IMG/VR virus record: IMGVR_UViG_2693429536_000016
DNA: 39,184 nt
Origin: a virus
Lineage: Duplodnaviria > Heunggongvirae > Uroviricota > Caudoviricetes
Direction: 5' to 3' (one strand)
The notes under the pieces were generated by a model. It saw only the letters and a program-made list of their open reading frames with translations. It was not told where the DNA came from and did not search any database. The first letter of the stretch is position 1. Each line of letters starts with the position of its first letter. The position numbers were made by a program, and so were the translations under genes. This document shows, piece after piece, positions 26,834 through 38,000 of this stretch.

Positions 26834-27101
26834 TCCCTTTTCCCGGCTGGCAGCGCGTATGGATGCTATCACGGTCAGAAAGATGGGAAAGACAGCCTCG
26901 ATTAATGATGTCGATATGACCGTGATCCCGGGAGAAACACTGGCAGAGCTGAATGCTCTGTCCGGACCTGCGGTCTCTCTGGTGGTGTTTTCTTCGGGAT
27001 ACCGCCCACGGCGCGGGGATCGCGTTGTTTATGACGGACAACAATGGACGGTCACACGGCATGAACGCTTTAACGGTAAGCCAATGATCTTTATTGAGTA
27101 A
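26826..27101 (+). CDS. Head-tail attachment protein, FII-like
   Basis: 91 aa; ...RRGDRVVYDGQQWTV... resembles the lambda FII ...RRGDTLTIGEENFWV... region; position before Z/U. Confidence 0.55.
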   Translation: MSDPFSRLAARMDAITVRKMGKTASINDVDMTVIPGETLAELNALSGPAVSLVVFSSGYRPRRGDRVVYDGQQWTVTRHERFNGKPMIFIE

Positions 27102-27112
27102 AGAGGTGTGGG

Positions 27113-27691
27113 ATGAAGGGGCTTGAGAATGCCATCCGCAATCTGAACAGCCTTGATACCCGTATGGTGCCACAGGCCAGCGCATGGGCGATAAACCGTG
27201 TGGCACAGAAAGCGGTCTCGGTTGCCACCCGGCAGGTTGCCGGGAATACCGTTGCGGGAGATAACCAGGTGAAAGGGATCCCCCTGAAACTGGTACGTCA
27301 GCGTGTCCGGGTGTTTAAAGCCAGTCCGTCAGGAAAAATGACGGCCAGGATCCGCGTTAACCGGGGCAATCTGCCCGCCATTAAGCTGGGGACAGCCCGG
27401 GTCAGACTGGCCCGGCGTGGTGGAAAACTGCAGTACCGTGGCAGCGTGCTGAAGGTGGGTAAATATCTTTTCCGGGATGCGTTTATTCAGCAACTGGCGA
27501 ATGGTCGCTGGCATGTGATGCGGCGTATTGATGGCAAAAATCGTTACCCCATTGATGTGGTGAAAATCCCGCTGTCCGGACCGCTGACACAGGCATTTGA
27601 AGATGCCCGCGATCGCATCATTGCTGCGGAAATGCCGAAACAGCTGGGGTATGCACTGAAACAACAACTGAGGTTATGGCTGACCCGATGA
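27113..27691 (+). CDS. Z: Tail completion protein Z-like
   Basis: 192 aa, same length and position as lambda gpZ, directly upstream of U. Confidence 0.65.
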   Translation: MKGLENAIRNLNSLDTRMVPQASAWAINRVAQKAVSVATRQVAGNTVAGDNQVKGIPLKLVRQRVRVFKASPSGKMTARIRVNRGNLPAIKLGTARVRLARRGGKLQYRGSVLKVGKYLFRDAFIQQLANGRWHVMRRIDGKNRYPIDVVKIPLSGPLTQAFEDARDRIIAAEMPKQLGYALKQQLRLWLTR

Positions 27692-28089
27692 ACCGACATA
27701 CACAAATCCGCCAGGCCGTACTGGCACGCCTTCGGGAACAGTGTGGAGACAGCGCCACATTTTTTGACGGGCTTCCGGCATTTATTGATGCGCAGGAACT
27801 GCCTGCCGTGGCGGTGTGGCTGAGTGATGCTCAGTACACCGGAAAAATGACGGATGAAGATGACTGGCAGGCTGTTCTGCATATTGCCGTCTTCATCCGG
27901 GCACAGGCACCGGATTCAGAGCTGGATATGTGGATGGAGAGCACCATTTTCCCGGCCCTGAATGATGTACCGGCACTTTCCGGACTCATCGACACCCTGA
28001 TCCCACTCGGTTTTAACTATCAACGTGATAATGAGATGGCCACCTGGGCGATGGCGGAAATCACGTACCAGATCACGTACACGAATTAA
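27676..28089 (+). CDS. U: Tail terminator protein U
   Basis: Strong similarity to lambda gpU as recalled (..ATFFDG.PA..D...PAVAV.L...YTG...D...WQA.LHI.VF..AQ.PDSELD.WMES.I.P...D.PALS.LI...). Confidence 0.85.
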   Translation: MADPMNRHTQIRQAVLARLREQCGDSATFFDGLPAFIDAQELPAVAVWLSDAQYTGKMTDEDDWQAVLHIAVFIRAQAPDSELDMWMESTIFPALNDVPALSGLIDTLIPLGFNYQRDNEMATWAMAEITYQITYTN

Positions 28090-28099
28090 GGAGGTGGCA

Positions 28100-28843
28100 A
28101 TGACCACACCAAATCCACTGGCAAAAACGAAAGGTGCGGGAACGACGTTCTGGATGTACACCGGCAAGGGCGATGCGTTTGCGAACCCTTTATCGGACAC
28201 TGACTGGCTGCGTCTTGCGATGGTGAAGGATCTGCAGCCTGGCGAAATGACCGCTGATGCAGAAGATGACACTTATCTCGATGATGAAGATGCAGACTGG
28301 AAAACGACAACCCAGGGGCAGAAATCCGTCGGTGATACTTCGGCGACGCTGGCCTGGCGTCCGGGTGACAGCGGGCAGAAAAAACTGGTTCAGTTGTTCG
28401 ACTCCGGTGAAGTCTGCGCGTTTCGTATCAAATATCCCAACGGTACTGTTGATGTTTTCCGTGGCTGGCTGAGTTCACTGGGTAAAACCATTGCCTCAAA
28501 AGACGTGATGACCCGCACAGTGAAAATCAGCGGTGTGGGGCGTCCGTATCTGGCAGAAGAAGGCACTGAAACCGTGGGCGTTACCGGGCTGACGGTGGCA
28601 CCGGCATCTGCCAGTGTAAAAGTGGGAGCAACCACCACGCTGACCTTTACAGTAAAACCTGACGGAGCCAGTGACAAAGCGATCAGTGTGCATTCGACAG
28701 ATCCACAGACTGCCACGGTGACCCTGAACGGGCTTGTGGCCACGGTGAAAGGCGTGAAGCAGGGCAGTGTCAGCATTGTGGGCATGACTTCTGACGGCGA
28801 TTTTGTGGCAGTGGCTACGGTGGCCGTCAGCGCCGCAGGTTAA
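28100..28843 (+). CDS. V: Major tail protein V (with C-terminal Ig-like domain)
   Basis: RBS AAGGAGG; N-terminal ..KGAGTT.W.Y.G.GD..ANPLSD.DW.RLA.VKDL.PGE.TA...DD.YLDDEDADW... near-identical to lambda gpV as recalled. Confidence 0.9.
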   Translation: MTTPNPLAKTKGAGTTFWMYTGKGDAFANPLSDTDWLRLAMVKDLQPGEMTADAEDDTYLDDEDADWKTTTQGQKSVGDTSATLAWRPGDSGQKKLVQLFDSGEVCAFRIKYPNGTVDVFRGWLSSLGKTIASKDVMTRTVKISGVGRPYLAEEGTETVGVTGLTVAPASASVKVGATTTLTFTVKPDGASDKAISVHSTDPQTATVTLNGLVATVKGVKQGSVSIVGMTSDGDFVAVATVAVSAAG

Positions 28844-28863
28844 CAGGACGATACTCATCATTT

Positions 28864-28887
28864 GCCCCGATTATCCGGGGCTTTTTT
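28864..28887 (+). terminator. Stem-loop with U-run between V and G (possible attenuator)
   Basis: GCCCCG attatc CGGGGC followed by TTTTTT, 14 nt before the G start codon. Confidence 0.45.
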
Positions 28888-28900
28888 GCAGGTGGAGAAC

Positions 28901-29290
28901 ATGATGTTTCTGAAACAGGGCACGTTTAATTATGAAAAGCAGTCCGTGGTGCTCAGTGAGCTGTCCGGGCTGCAGAGAATTGAATATCTGGCGTTTGTTC
29001 AGCAGCGAACGGCAAAGTTTGATGCCGAAGAGGGAGAACTGCCGGAGGCTGAACGACAGATTGCTTTTCTGCGGATGGGGATGGATATCAATGCCTGGCT
29101 AGTTTCCCGCTCACTGTGGAATGCGGAACAGTCTCAGGATGTTGAGACGCTTTGCGCATCCGTTATTACAACATGGTCGTATGATGCCCTGGGAGCGGGG
29201 GCGGAGATGGTTCTGTCGCTGAGCGGTATGGGAGCCATTGAGAATGCCGGGGATTTGGAGCATGAGGTGCTGACGCCGGAAAAGTCCTGA
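28901..29290 (+). CDS. G: Tail assembly chaperone G
   Basis: Start MMFLKQG with GGAGA RBS; ...VVLSELSGLQRIEYLAF... matches lambda gpG pattern. Confidence 0.85.
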   Translation: MMFLKQGTFNYEKQSVVLSELSGLQRIEYLAFVQQRTAKFDAEEGELPEAERQIAFLRMGMDINAWLVSRSLWNAEQSQDVETLCASVITTWSYDALGAGAEMVLSLSGMGAIENAGDLEHEVLTPEKS

Positions 29291-29628
29291 CGCGGGAAAT
29301 GCAGTTTGTCATGCGGCTTGCCCGGGAGTTCCGGCGGGCAGACTGGCGGCGGATGCTGTCGGAAATGTCGGCCACTGAGCTTGGTGAGTGGGGCGATTAT
29401 TTCCGGATGCAGAGCTTCAGTGATGTGTGGATGGATGCGCAGTTTGCCTCGCTGAAGGCATTGATCGTGAGAATGGTGTCCGGCAGCAGTGATGCTGCGG
29501 TGGCTGATTTCAGCCTTTTACCGGAAGAGAACGGGATACCGGAGCGAACGGACGAAGAACTGATGCATCTTGGGGAAGGTATTTCCGGAGGTGTGCGTTA
29601 TGGACCAGATAGCCAACCTGGTCATTGA
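28901..29628 (+). CDS. Tail assembly chaperone G-T fusion produced by programmed -1 ribosomal frameshift near the end of G
   Basis: The -1 frame is open across the G stop and encodes ...MRLAREF.R.DWR.ML.EMS.TELGEW..., matching lambda gpT; candidate slip site CCGGAAAAG at 29276-29284 (non-canonical relative to lambda GGGAAAG). Confidence 0.6.
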
Positions 29629-32600
29629 TTTGGGGATTGATGCGGCAGAGTTTAAAAATGAAATTCCCCGTATCAAAAACCTTCTGAATGGTGCAGCCAG
29701 CGATGCAGAACGGTCTTCTGCCCGTATGCAGCGTTTTATGGAGCGTCAGACTCAGGCCGCCCGGCAGACAATGCAGGCGGCTTCTTCGGCTGCAACAGCC
29801 GCATCCGTCCATGCGCAGACGGTGGAGAAGAGCGCACAGGCTCATGAACGCATGGCCCGCGAGGTGGAGCAAACCCGCCAGCGTATGGAGGCACTGAGCC
29901 AGAAAATGCGCGAGGAACAGGCACAGGCCATGGCTCTGGCGGAGGCTCAGGATAAAGCGGCTGCCGCGTTTTATCGTCAGATTGACAGTGTGAAACAGGC
30001 CAGTGCGGGGTTGCAGGAGTTACAGCGTATTCAGCAGCAGATCCGACAGGCCAGAAACAGTGGCGGGATTGGTCAGCAGGATTATCTGGCGCTGATTTCT
30101 GAGGTTACGGCGAAAACCCGTGTTCTTACGCAGGCTGAGGCAGAGGCTACCCGACAGAAAGTGGCGTTTATCCGTCAGCTTAAAGAGCAGGCAACCCGCC
30201 AGAATCTTTCTTCTTCTGAGTTGCTTCGTGCCAGGGCTGCCCAGCTGGGGGTAAGCAGTGCTGCAGAAGTGTATATCCGCAAAATGGAGCGGGCAGGAAA
30301 AGCCACGCATTCGCTGGGTCTGAAAAGTGCAGCGGCCCGCCAGGAGATAGGCGTTCTGATAGGTGAACTGGCCCGCGGCAATTTAGGGGCGCTGAGGGGA
30401 TCCGGGATAACGCTGGCTAACCGTGCCGGATGGATAGACACACTGATGTCACCGAAAGGCATGATGCTGGGCGGGGTTATTGGCGGTATTACCGCGGCCG
30501 TCTATGGTCTGGGTAAAGCCTGGTATGACGGTCAGAAGGAGGGGGAAGACTTTAACCGCCAGCTGTCGCTGACGGGGCATTATGCCGGAGTCACTGCCGG
30601 GCAGCTGTGGACGCTCAGTCGTGCTATTTCCGGGAATGGTATCACGCAACATGCTGCAGCCGGTGCGCTGGCTCAGGTGGTGGGGAGTGGTGCATTTCGT
30701 GGAAACGATATCGGTATGGTGGCGAGAGCTGCCGCACAGATGGAGCGATCGGTTGGCCAGTCGATCAGCGATACCATAAATCAGTTTAAGCGGCTGAAGG
30801 ATGATCCTGTAAATGCCGCGAAGGCTCTGGACAATGAGCTGCATTTTCTTACTGCCACTCAGCTTGAGCAGATACGCGTCCTTGGAGAGCAGGGGCGCTC
30901 CAGTGATGCGGCACGGATAGCCATGTTTGCACTGGCAGAGGAAACCGGTCGGCGTACTGCGGATATTGATAATAACCTCAATGCGCTGGGTAGTACGCTG
31001 CAAACCTTGTCTGACTGGTGGAAGCAGTTCTGGGATGCGGCCATGAATATTGGTCGTGAAGATTCGCTGGATGCGCAGATTGCCACTTTGCAGGAGAAAG
31101 TATCGCGGGCGAAAAGACTCCCCTGGACGGCATCATCTTCTCAGGTTGAATACGATCAGCAGCGTCTTAACGAGCTTCAGGAGAAAAAACGCCAGAAGGA
31201 TTTGCAGGATGCAAAAGAGCAGGCAGAGCGGAATTATCAGGAGCAACAGAAACGCCGTAATGCTGAAAATGCTGCACTGAACCGGATGAATGAAACGGAA
31301 GCAGCACGACATCAGCGTGAAATTGCGCGTATTAATGCCATGCAGTACGCCGATCAGGCTGTCAGGGATGCGGCGATACAACGTGAAAATGAACGTTACG
31401 AGAAAGCCCTGGCATCCGGTAAGAAAAAAACACGCGAAACCCGTAATGATGAGGCCACCCGGTTATTGCTGCAGTACAGCCAGCAACAGGCACAGGTGGA
31501 AGGGCAGATTGCTGCTGCCAGACAGTCAGCAGGCATTGCCACTGACAGGATGACAGAAGCGCATAAACAGCTTCTGGCTCTGCAGCAGCGCATCAGCGAC
31601 CTGGACGGGAAAAAACTGACGGCAGATGAAAAGAGTGTGCTGGCCCGTAAAGATGAACTGATTCAGGCACTGACGCTGCTGGATGTAAAACAGCAGGAGC
31701 TTCAGAAACAGACGGCACTCAACGATCTGAAGAAAAAAACAATTCAGCTGACCAGTCAACTGGCTGAAGAAGAGCGCGCTCAGCGTCAGCAACATGACCT
31801 GGATATCGCCACGGTGGGTATGGGTGATCAGCAGCGGCAGCGATATCAGGTACAACTGAGCCTTCGCCAGAAATACCAGCAACAGCTGGAGCAGTTGAGG
31901 CGGGATAGTGAGCAGAAAGGGACATATAACACGGATGACTACAGAAAGGCCGAGCAGGCGCTGACGGAGAGCCTGAACAGGCAACTGAATGAGAATCGCC
32001 GTTACTGGCAACAGCTTGAAATTGCTCAGGGTAACTGGAAAAACGGTGCCATGCGGGCGTTTCAGAATTTCACGGCAGATGCGGATAATGCGGCAGGCAC
32101 TGCGGAGCAGATGCTTACAGCGGCATTTAATAGTGCAGGTAATGCACTGGCAACATTCTGTACCACCGGAAAACTGAACTTCAAATCTTTTACCGCCTCG
32201 CTCCTTTCTGATCTGGCAAAAATCATGGCTCAGATGTCCATGATGCAGGCAGTTAAGGGGATTGGTTCGGCGTTTGGCTGGGGGAGTGCAGCAACTGCCA
32301 GTGTGACGCCCAATGCTGATGGTGGTGTTTATCAGTCTGCTGATTTGAGTCGCTACAGTGGCACGGTGGTTAACCGTCCGACGTTTTTTGCTTTTGCAAA
32401 AGGTGCAGGTGTGATGGGGGAAGCTGGGCCTGAAGCCATTCTGCCTCTGCGTCGTGGTGCTGACGGTAAGCTGGGGGTTGTGGCGGATATTGGTGGTTCA
32501 GGTATGGCGATGTTTGCCCCGCAGTACAACATCGAGATCAATAACGATGGCACGAACGGGCAGATAGGTCCGGCTGCCCTGAAGGTGGTTTATGACCTCG

Positions 32601-32674
32601 GGAAAAAAGCGGCAGCGGACTTTATGCAACAGCAGGCCCGTGATGGTGGTCGGTTAAGTGGAGCATATCGGTAA
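29600..32674 (+). CDS. H: Tail tape measure protein H
   Basis: ~1025 aa, coiled-coil-rich; C-terminus ...NNDGTNGQIGPAALK.VYD... matches lambda gpH C-terminus as recalled. Confidence 0.9.
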   Translation: MDQIANLVIDLGIDAAEFKNEIPRIKNLLNGAASDAERSSARMQRFMERQTQAARQTMQAASSAATAASVHAQTVEKSAQAHERMAREVEQTRQRMEALSQKMREEQAQAMALAEAQDKAAAAFYRQIDSVKQASAGLQELQRIQQQIRQARNSGGIGQQDYLALISEVTAKTRVLTQAEAEATRQKVAFIRQLKEQATRQNLSSSELLRARAAQLGVSSAAEVYIRKMERAGKATHSLGLKSAAARQEIGVLIGELARGNLGALRGSGITLANRAGWIDTLMSPKGMMLGGVIGGITAAVYGLGKAWYDGQKEGEDFNRQLSLTGHYAGVTAGQLWTLSRAISGNGITQHAAAGALAQVVGSGAFRGNDIGMVARAAAQMERSVGQSISDTINQFKRLKDDPVNAAKALDNELHFLTATQLEQIRVLGEQGRSSDAARIAMFALAEETGRRTADIDNNLNALGSTLQTLSDWWKQFWDAAMNIGREDSLDAQIATLQEKVSRAKRLPWTASSSQVEYDQQRLNELQEKKRQKDLQDAKEQAERNYQEQQKRRNAENAALNRMNETEAARHQREIARINAMQYADQAVRDAAIQRENERYEKALASGKKKTRETRNDEATRLLLQYSQQQAQVEGQIAAARQSAGIATDRMTEAHKQLLALQQRISDLDGKKLTADEKSVLARKDELIQALTLLDVKQQELQKQTALNDLKKKTIQLTSQLAEEERAQRQQHDLDIATVGMGDQQRQRYQVQLSLRQKYQQQLEQLRRDSEQKGTYNTDDYRKAEQALTESLNRQLNENRRYWQQLEIAQGNWKNGAMRAFQNFTADADNAAGTAEQMLTAAFNSAGNALATFCTTGKLNFKSFTASLLSDLAKIMAQMSMMQAVKGIGSAFGWGSAATASVTPNADGGVYQSADLSRYSGTVVNRPTFFAFAKGAGVMGEAGPEAILPLRRGADGKLGVVADIGGSGMAMFAPQYNIEINNDGTNGQIGPAALKVVYDLGKKAAADFMQQQARDGGRLSGAYR

Positions 32675-33003
32675 TGGAGACGTTTCACTGGAAAGTGCGC
32701 CCGGATATGAATGTGGTATCAGAGCCGAAAGTGGTGACAGTGAAGCTGGGCGATGGTTATGAGCAGCGTCGTGCGGCGGGACTGAATAACCAGTTGTCGA
32801 CTTACAGCGTGACGATACGTGTTCGTAAATGTGAACACCCATCTTTGAAAGCCTTTCTGGAACGGCACGGTGGCGTCCGCGCATTTCAGTGGACGCCACC
32901 TTATGACTGGAAGCCGATCAGGGTGGTTTGTCGTAAATGGTCGGCAAGCGTGGGGGCGCTGTGGGTAACCATAACGGCAGATTTTGAACAGGTCGTGGCA
33001 TAG
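32674..33003 (+). CDS. M: Minor tail protein M
   Basis: 109 aa; ..TF.WKV.P.M.V.S.P.V....GDGY.QR...GLN..L.TYSVT... close to lambda gpM. Confidence 0.9.
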   Translation: METFHWKVRPDMNVVSEPKVVTVKLGDGYEQRRAAGLNNQLSTYSVTIRVRKCEHPSLKAFLERHGGVRAFQWTPPYDWKPIRVVCRKWSASVGALWVTITADFEQVVA

Positions 33004-33012
33004 GAGGCCCTG

Positions 33013-33711
33013 ATGCAGGATATTCCACAGGAAACACATCATGAGACGACACGCCTTACTCAGTCAGCCCAGGTGGTGCTCTGGGAAATCGATCTGACAG
33101 AGGTCGGTGGTGAACGTTATTTTTTCTGTAATGAGCAGAACGAAAAAGGTGAGCCGGTCACCTGGCAGGGGCGGCAGTATCAGGCATACCCCATTCAGGG
33201 GACGGGATTTGAACTGAACGGTAAGGGCAGTGCTGCCCGTCCGACACTGACGGTCTCTAACCTGCACGGCATGGTCACCGGGATGGCGGAAGACCTGCAG
33301 AGTCTGGTCGGCGGAACGGTGGTCAGGCGTAAGGTTTACGCCCGTTTTCTGGATGCGGTGAACTTCGTCAACGGAAACAGCGACGCCGATCCGGAGCAGG
33401 AGGTGATCAGCCGCTGGCGCATCGAGCAGTGTAGCGAACTGAGTGCGGTCAGTGCCTCCTTTGTGCTCTCCACACCGACGGAAACGGATGGTGCTGTTTT
33501 TCCGGGGCGCATCATGCTGGCCAACACCTGCACCTGGACCTATCGCGGTGATGAGTGCGGTTATAGCGGTCCGGCTGTCGCTGATGAATATGACCAGCCG
33601 ACGTCCGATATCACGAAGGATAAATGCAGCAAATGCCTGAGTGGTTGTAAGTTTCGCAATAACGTCGGCAACTTTGGCGGCTTCCTTTCCATTAACAAAC
33701 TTTCGCAGTAA
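33013..33711 (+). CDS. L: Minor tail protein L
   Basis: 232 aa, same length as lambda gpL, conserved Cys cluster near C-terminus (CSKCLSGCKF). Confidence 0.9.
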   Translation: MQDIPQETHHETTRLTQSAQVVLWEIDLTEVGGERYFFCNEQNEKGEPVTWQGRQYQAYPIQGTGFELNGKGSAARPTLTVSNLHGMVTGMAEDLQSLVGGTVVRRKVYARFLDAVNFVNGNSDADPEQEVISRWRIEQCSELSAVSASFVLSTPTETDGAVFPGRIMLANTCTWTYRGDECGYSGPAVADEYDQPTSDITKDKCSKCLSGCKFRNNVGNFGGFLSINKLSQ

Positions 33712-33715
33712 TCCC

Positions 33716-34459
33716 ATGACACAGACAGAATCAGCGATTCTGGCGCACGCCCGGCGATGTGCGCCAGCGGAATCGTGCGGCTTCGTGGTGAGAACGCCGG
33801 AGGGGGAAAGATATTTTCCCAGCGTGAATATCTCCGGTGAGCCGGAGGCGTATTTCCGGATGTCGCCGGAGGACTGGCTGCGGGCAGAGATGCAGGGTGA
33901 GATTGTGGCGCTGGTCCACAGCCACCCCGGTGGTCTGCCCTGGCTGAGTGAGGCTGACAGGCGGCTGCAGGTGCAGAGCGATTTGCCTTGGTGGCTGGTC
34001 TGCCGGGGTGAGATTCATAAATTCCGCAGTGTGCCGCATCTTACCGGGCGGCGCTTTGAGCACGGGGTGACGGACTGTTACACGCTGTTCCGGGATGCTT
34101 ATCATCTGGCGGGGATTGAGATGCAGGATTTTCATCGCGGGGATGACTGGTGGCGTCACGGTCAGAATCTCTATCTGGATAATCTGGAGGCCACAGGGCT
34201 GTATCAGGTGCCGTTGTCAGCGGCGCAGCCGGGCGATGTGCTGCTGTGCTGTTTTGGTTCATCGGTGCCGAATCATGCCGCCATTTACTGTGGTGACGGC
34301 GAGCTGCTGCACCATATTCCTGAACAACTGAGCAAACGAGAGAGGTATACCGACAAATGGCAGCGACGCACACACTCCCTCTGGCGTCACCGGGCATGGC
34401 ACGCATCTGCCTTTACGGGGATTTGCAACGATTTGGCCGCCGCATCGACCTTCGTGTGA
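33716..34459 (+). CDS. K: Tail assembly protein K (JAB/MPN + NlpC/P60-like)
   Basis: JAMM-like motif ...VALVHSHPGG...; start ATG 33716 after L stop. Confidence 0.85.
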   Translation: MTQTESAILAHARRCAPAESCGFVVRTPEGERYFPSVNISGEPEAYFRMSPEDWLRAEMQGEIVALVHSHPGGLPWLSEADRRLQVQSDLPWWLVCRGEIHKFRSVPHLTGRRFEHGVTDCYTLFRDAYHLAGIEMQDFHRGDDWWRHGQNLYLDNLEATGLYQVPLSAAQPGDVLLCCFGSSVPNHAAIYCGDGELLHHIPEQLSKRERYTDKWQRRTHSLWRHRAWHASAFTGICNDLAAASTFV

Positions 34460-35004
34460 AAACGGGGGCCGAAGCCATCCGGGCGCTGGCCACACAGCTC
34501 CCGGCGTTTCGTCAGAAACTGAATGACGGCTGGTATCAGGTGCGCATTGCCGGGCGTGATGCAGGTGAAACCGAATTATCTGCCCGTCTTAATGAGCCGC
34601 TGGCAAATGGTGCCGTGATCCATATCGTGCCGCGTCTGGCGGGAGCTAAAAGTGGCGGTGTATTTCAGGTGGTGCTGGGGGCGGCGTTGATTGCGGTGGC
34701 ATGGTGGAACCCTGTGGGCTGGCTGGGTGCCGCGGCTGTATCGGGCATGTATGCGGCAGGGGCCAGTATGATCCTGGGCGGTGTGGCGCAGATGCTGGCA
34801 CCGAAAGCCAGGACGTCCACGGCAGCCAGTACAGATAACGGCAAACAGAACACCTATTTTTCCTCACTGGATAACATGGTTGCTCAGGGCAATGTTTTGC
34901 CTGTTCTGTACGGTGAAATGCGTGTGGGGTCGCGGGTGGTTTCTCAGGAGATCAGCACGGCAGACGAAGGGGACGGTGGTCAGGTTGTGGTGATTGGTCG
35001 CTGA
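34357..35004 (+). CDS. I: Tail assembly protein I
   Basis: Overlaps K 3' end as in lambda; C-terminal ...TDNGKQNTYFSSLDNMVAQGNVLPVLYGEMRVGSRVVSQEISTADEGDGGQVVVIGR matches lambda gpI as recalled. Confidence 0.85.
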   Translation: MAATHTLPLASPGMARICLYGDLQRFGRRIDLRVKTGAEAIRALATQLPAFRQKLNDGWYQVRIAGRDAGETELSARLNEPLANGAVIHIVPRLAGAKSGGVFQVVLGAALIAVAWWNPVGWLGAAAVSGMYAAGASMILGGVAQMLAPKARTSTAASTDNGKQNTYFSSLDNMVAQGNVLPVLYGEMRVGSRVVSQEISTADEGDGGQVVVIGR

Positions 35005-35064
35005 TGCAAAATGTTTTATGTGAAACCGCCTCCGGGCGGTTTTGTCGTTTATGGAGCATGACGA

Positions 35065-38000
35065 ATGGGTAAAGGCAGCAGTAAGGGGCATACCCCGCGC
35101 GAAGCGAAGGACAACCTGAAATCCACGCAGTTGCTGAGTGTGATTGATGCCATCAGTGAAGGGCCGATTGAAGGTCCGGTGGATGGATTAAAAAGCGTGC
35201 TGCTGAACAGTACGCCGGTGCTGGACACTGAGGGGAATACCAACATCTCCGGTGTCACGGTGGTGTTCCGGGCAGGTGAGCAGGAGCAGACTCCGCCGGA
35301 GGGATTTGAATCCTCCGGCTCCGAGACGGTGCTGGGTACGGAAGTGAAATATGACACGCCGATCACCCGGACCATCACGTCTGCAAATATCGACCGTCTG
35401 CGCTTTACCTTCGGTGTGCAGGCACTGGTGGAAACCACCTCAAAGGGGGACAGGAATCCGTCGGAAGTCCGCCTGCTGGTTCAGATACAGCGTAATGGTG
35501 GCTGGGTGACAGAAAAAGACATCACCATTAAGGGCAAAACCACGTCGCAGTATCTGGCCTCAGTGGTGGTGGATAACCTGCCGCCGCGCCCGTTTAATAT
35601 CCGGATGTGCAGGATGACGCCGGACAGCACCACAGACCAGCTGCAGAACAAAACGCTCTGGTCGTCATACACCGAAATTATCGATGTGAAACAGTGCTAC
35701 CCGAACACGGCACTGGTCGGCGTGCAGGTGGACTCGGAGCAGTTCGGCAGTCAGCAGGTGAGCCGTAATTATCATCTTCGCGGGCGCATTCTGCAGGTGC
35801 CGTCGAACTATAACCCGCAGACGCGGCAATACAGCGGTATCTGGGACGGAACGTTTAAACCGGCATACAGCAACAACATGGCCTGGTGTCTGTGGGATAT
35901 GCTGACCCATCCGCGCTACGGCATGGGGAAACGTCTTGGTGCGGCGGATGTGGATAAATGGGCGCTGTATGTCATCGGCCAGTACTGCGACCAGTCAGTG
36001 CCGGACGGCTTTGGCGGCACGGAGCTGCGCATCACCTGTAATGCGTACCTGACCACACAGCGCAAGGCGTGGGATGTGCTCAGTGATTTCTGCTCGGCGA
36101 TGCGCTGTATGCCGGTATGGAACGGGCAGACGCTGACGTTCGTGCAGGACCGACCGTCGGATAAGGTGTGGACCTATAACCGCAGTAATGTGGTGATGCC
36201 GGATGATGGCGCGCCGTTCCGCTACAGCTTCAGCGCCCTGAAGGACCGCCATAATGCCGTTGAGGTGAACTGGATTGACCCGAATAACGGCTGGGAGACG
36301 GCGACAGAGCTTGTTGAAGATACGCAGGCCATTGCCCGTTACGGTCGTAATGTCACGAAGATGGATGCCTTTGGCTGTACCAGCCGGGGGCAGGCACACC
36401 GCGCCGGGCTGTGGCTGATTAAAACGGAACTGCTGGAGACGCAGACCGTGGATTTCAGCGTGGGTGCTGAAGGGCTTCGCCATGTACCGGGCGATGTCAT
36501 TGAAATCTGCGATGATGACTATGCCGGTATCAGCACCGGTGGTCGCGTGCTGGCGGTGAACAGCCAGACCCGGACGCTGACGCTCGACCGTGAAATCACG
36601 CTGCCATCCTCCGGTACCACGCTGATAAGCCTGGTTGACGGAAGTGGTAATCCGGTCAGCGTGGAGGTTCAGTCCGTCACCGACGGACTTAAGGTGAAAG
36701 TGAACCGGGTTCCTGACGGCGTTGCAGAATACAGTGTGTGGGGGCTGAAGCTGCCGACGTTGCGTCAGCGCCTGTTCCGCTGTGTGAGTATCCGTGAGAA
36801 CGATGACGGCACGTATGCCATCACTGCCGTGCAGCATGTACCGGAAAAAGAAGCCATCGTGGATAACGGGGCGCACTTTGACGGCGACCAGAGCGGCACG
36901 GTGAATGGTGTCACGCCGCCAGCGGTGCAGCACCTGACCGCCGAAGTCACCGCAGACAGCGGGGAATATCAGGTGCTGGCGCGCTGGGACACGCCGAAGG
37001 TGGTGAAGGGCGTGAGCTTTATGCTTCGCCTGACCGTGGCAGCGGATGACGGCAGTGAGCGGCTGGTCAGCACGGCCCGGACGACGGAAACCACATACCG
37101 CTTCACGCAACTGGCGCTGGGGCGGTACACGCTGACAGTCCGGGCGGTAAATGCGTGGGGACAGCAGGGCGATCCGGCGTCGGTATCGTTCCGGATTGCC
37201 GCACCGGTAGCACCGTCGCGGATTGAGCTGACGCCGGGGTATTTTCAGATAACCGCCACGCCGCATCTTGCCGTTTATGACCCGACGGTACAGTTTGAGT
37301 TCTGGTTCTCGGAAAAGCGGATTACCGATATCAGGCAGGTTGAAACCACAGCGCGCTACCTTGGCACGGGGCTGTACTGGATAGCCGCCAGTATCAATAT
37401 CAAACCGGGCCATGATTATTATTTTTACGTTCGCAGTGTGAACACCGTTGGCAAATCGGCATTCGTGGAGGCTGTTGGTCAGCCGAGTGATGATGCATCC
37501 GGCTATCTGGATTTTTTCAAAGGCGAGATAGGGAAAACCCATCTGGCTCAGGAGCTGTGGACGCAGATTGATAACGGTCAGCTTGCGCCTGACCTGGCTG
37601 AAATCAGGACGTCCATTACGGATGTCAGCAATGAAATCACGCAGACCGTCAATAAGAAACTGGAAGACCAGAGTGCAGCGATCCAGCAGATACAGAAGGT
37701 TCAGGTTGATACAAATAATAACCTGAACAGCATGTGGGCAGTGAAGCTGCAGCAGATGCAGGACGGACGCCTTTATATTGCGGGTATCGGTGCCGGTATT
37801 GAGAACACCCCCGACGGCATGCAGAGTCAGGTGCTGCTGGCGGCAGACAGGATTGCGATGATTAATCCTGCGAATGGCAACACAAAGCCGATGTTTGTTG
37901 GTCAGGGCGATCAGATATTCATGAATGAAGTGTTCCTGAAATATCTGACGGCTCCCACCATTACCAGCGGCGGTAATCCTCCGGCATTTTCCCTGACACC

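Noticed and set aside
30449-32011. - strand ORFs (184 aa and 161 aa) inside the tape measure gene
   Set aside because: Antisense to the H tape measure coding sequence; repetitive Leu/Gln-rich translations mirror the coiled-coil codons of H.
33064-33717. 217-aa - strand ORF overlapping gene L
   Set aside because: Antisense to the conserved, lambda-like L gene; no independent support.
35995-37542. 515-aa ORF on the - strand inside the J gene
   Set aside because: Antisense to a highly conserved, lambda-like J coding region; translation is extremely Arg/Pro/His-rich, typical of a spurious antisense frame in GC-rich DNA.
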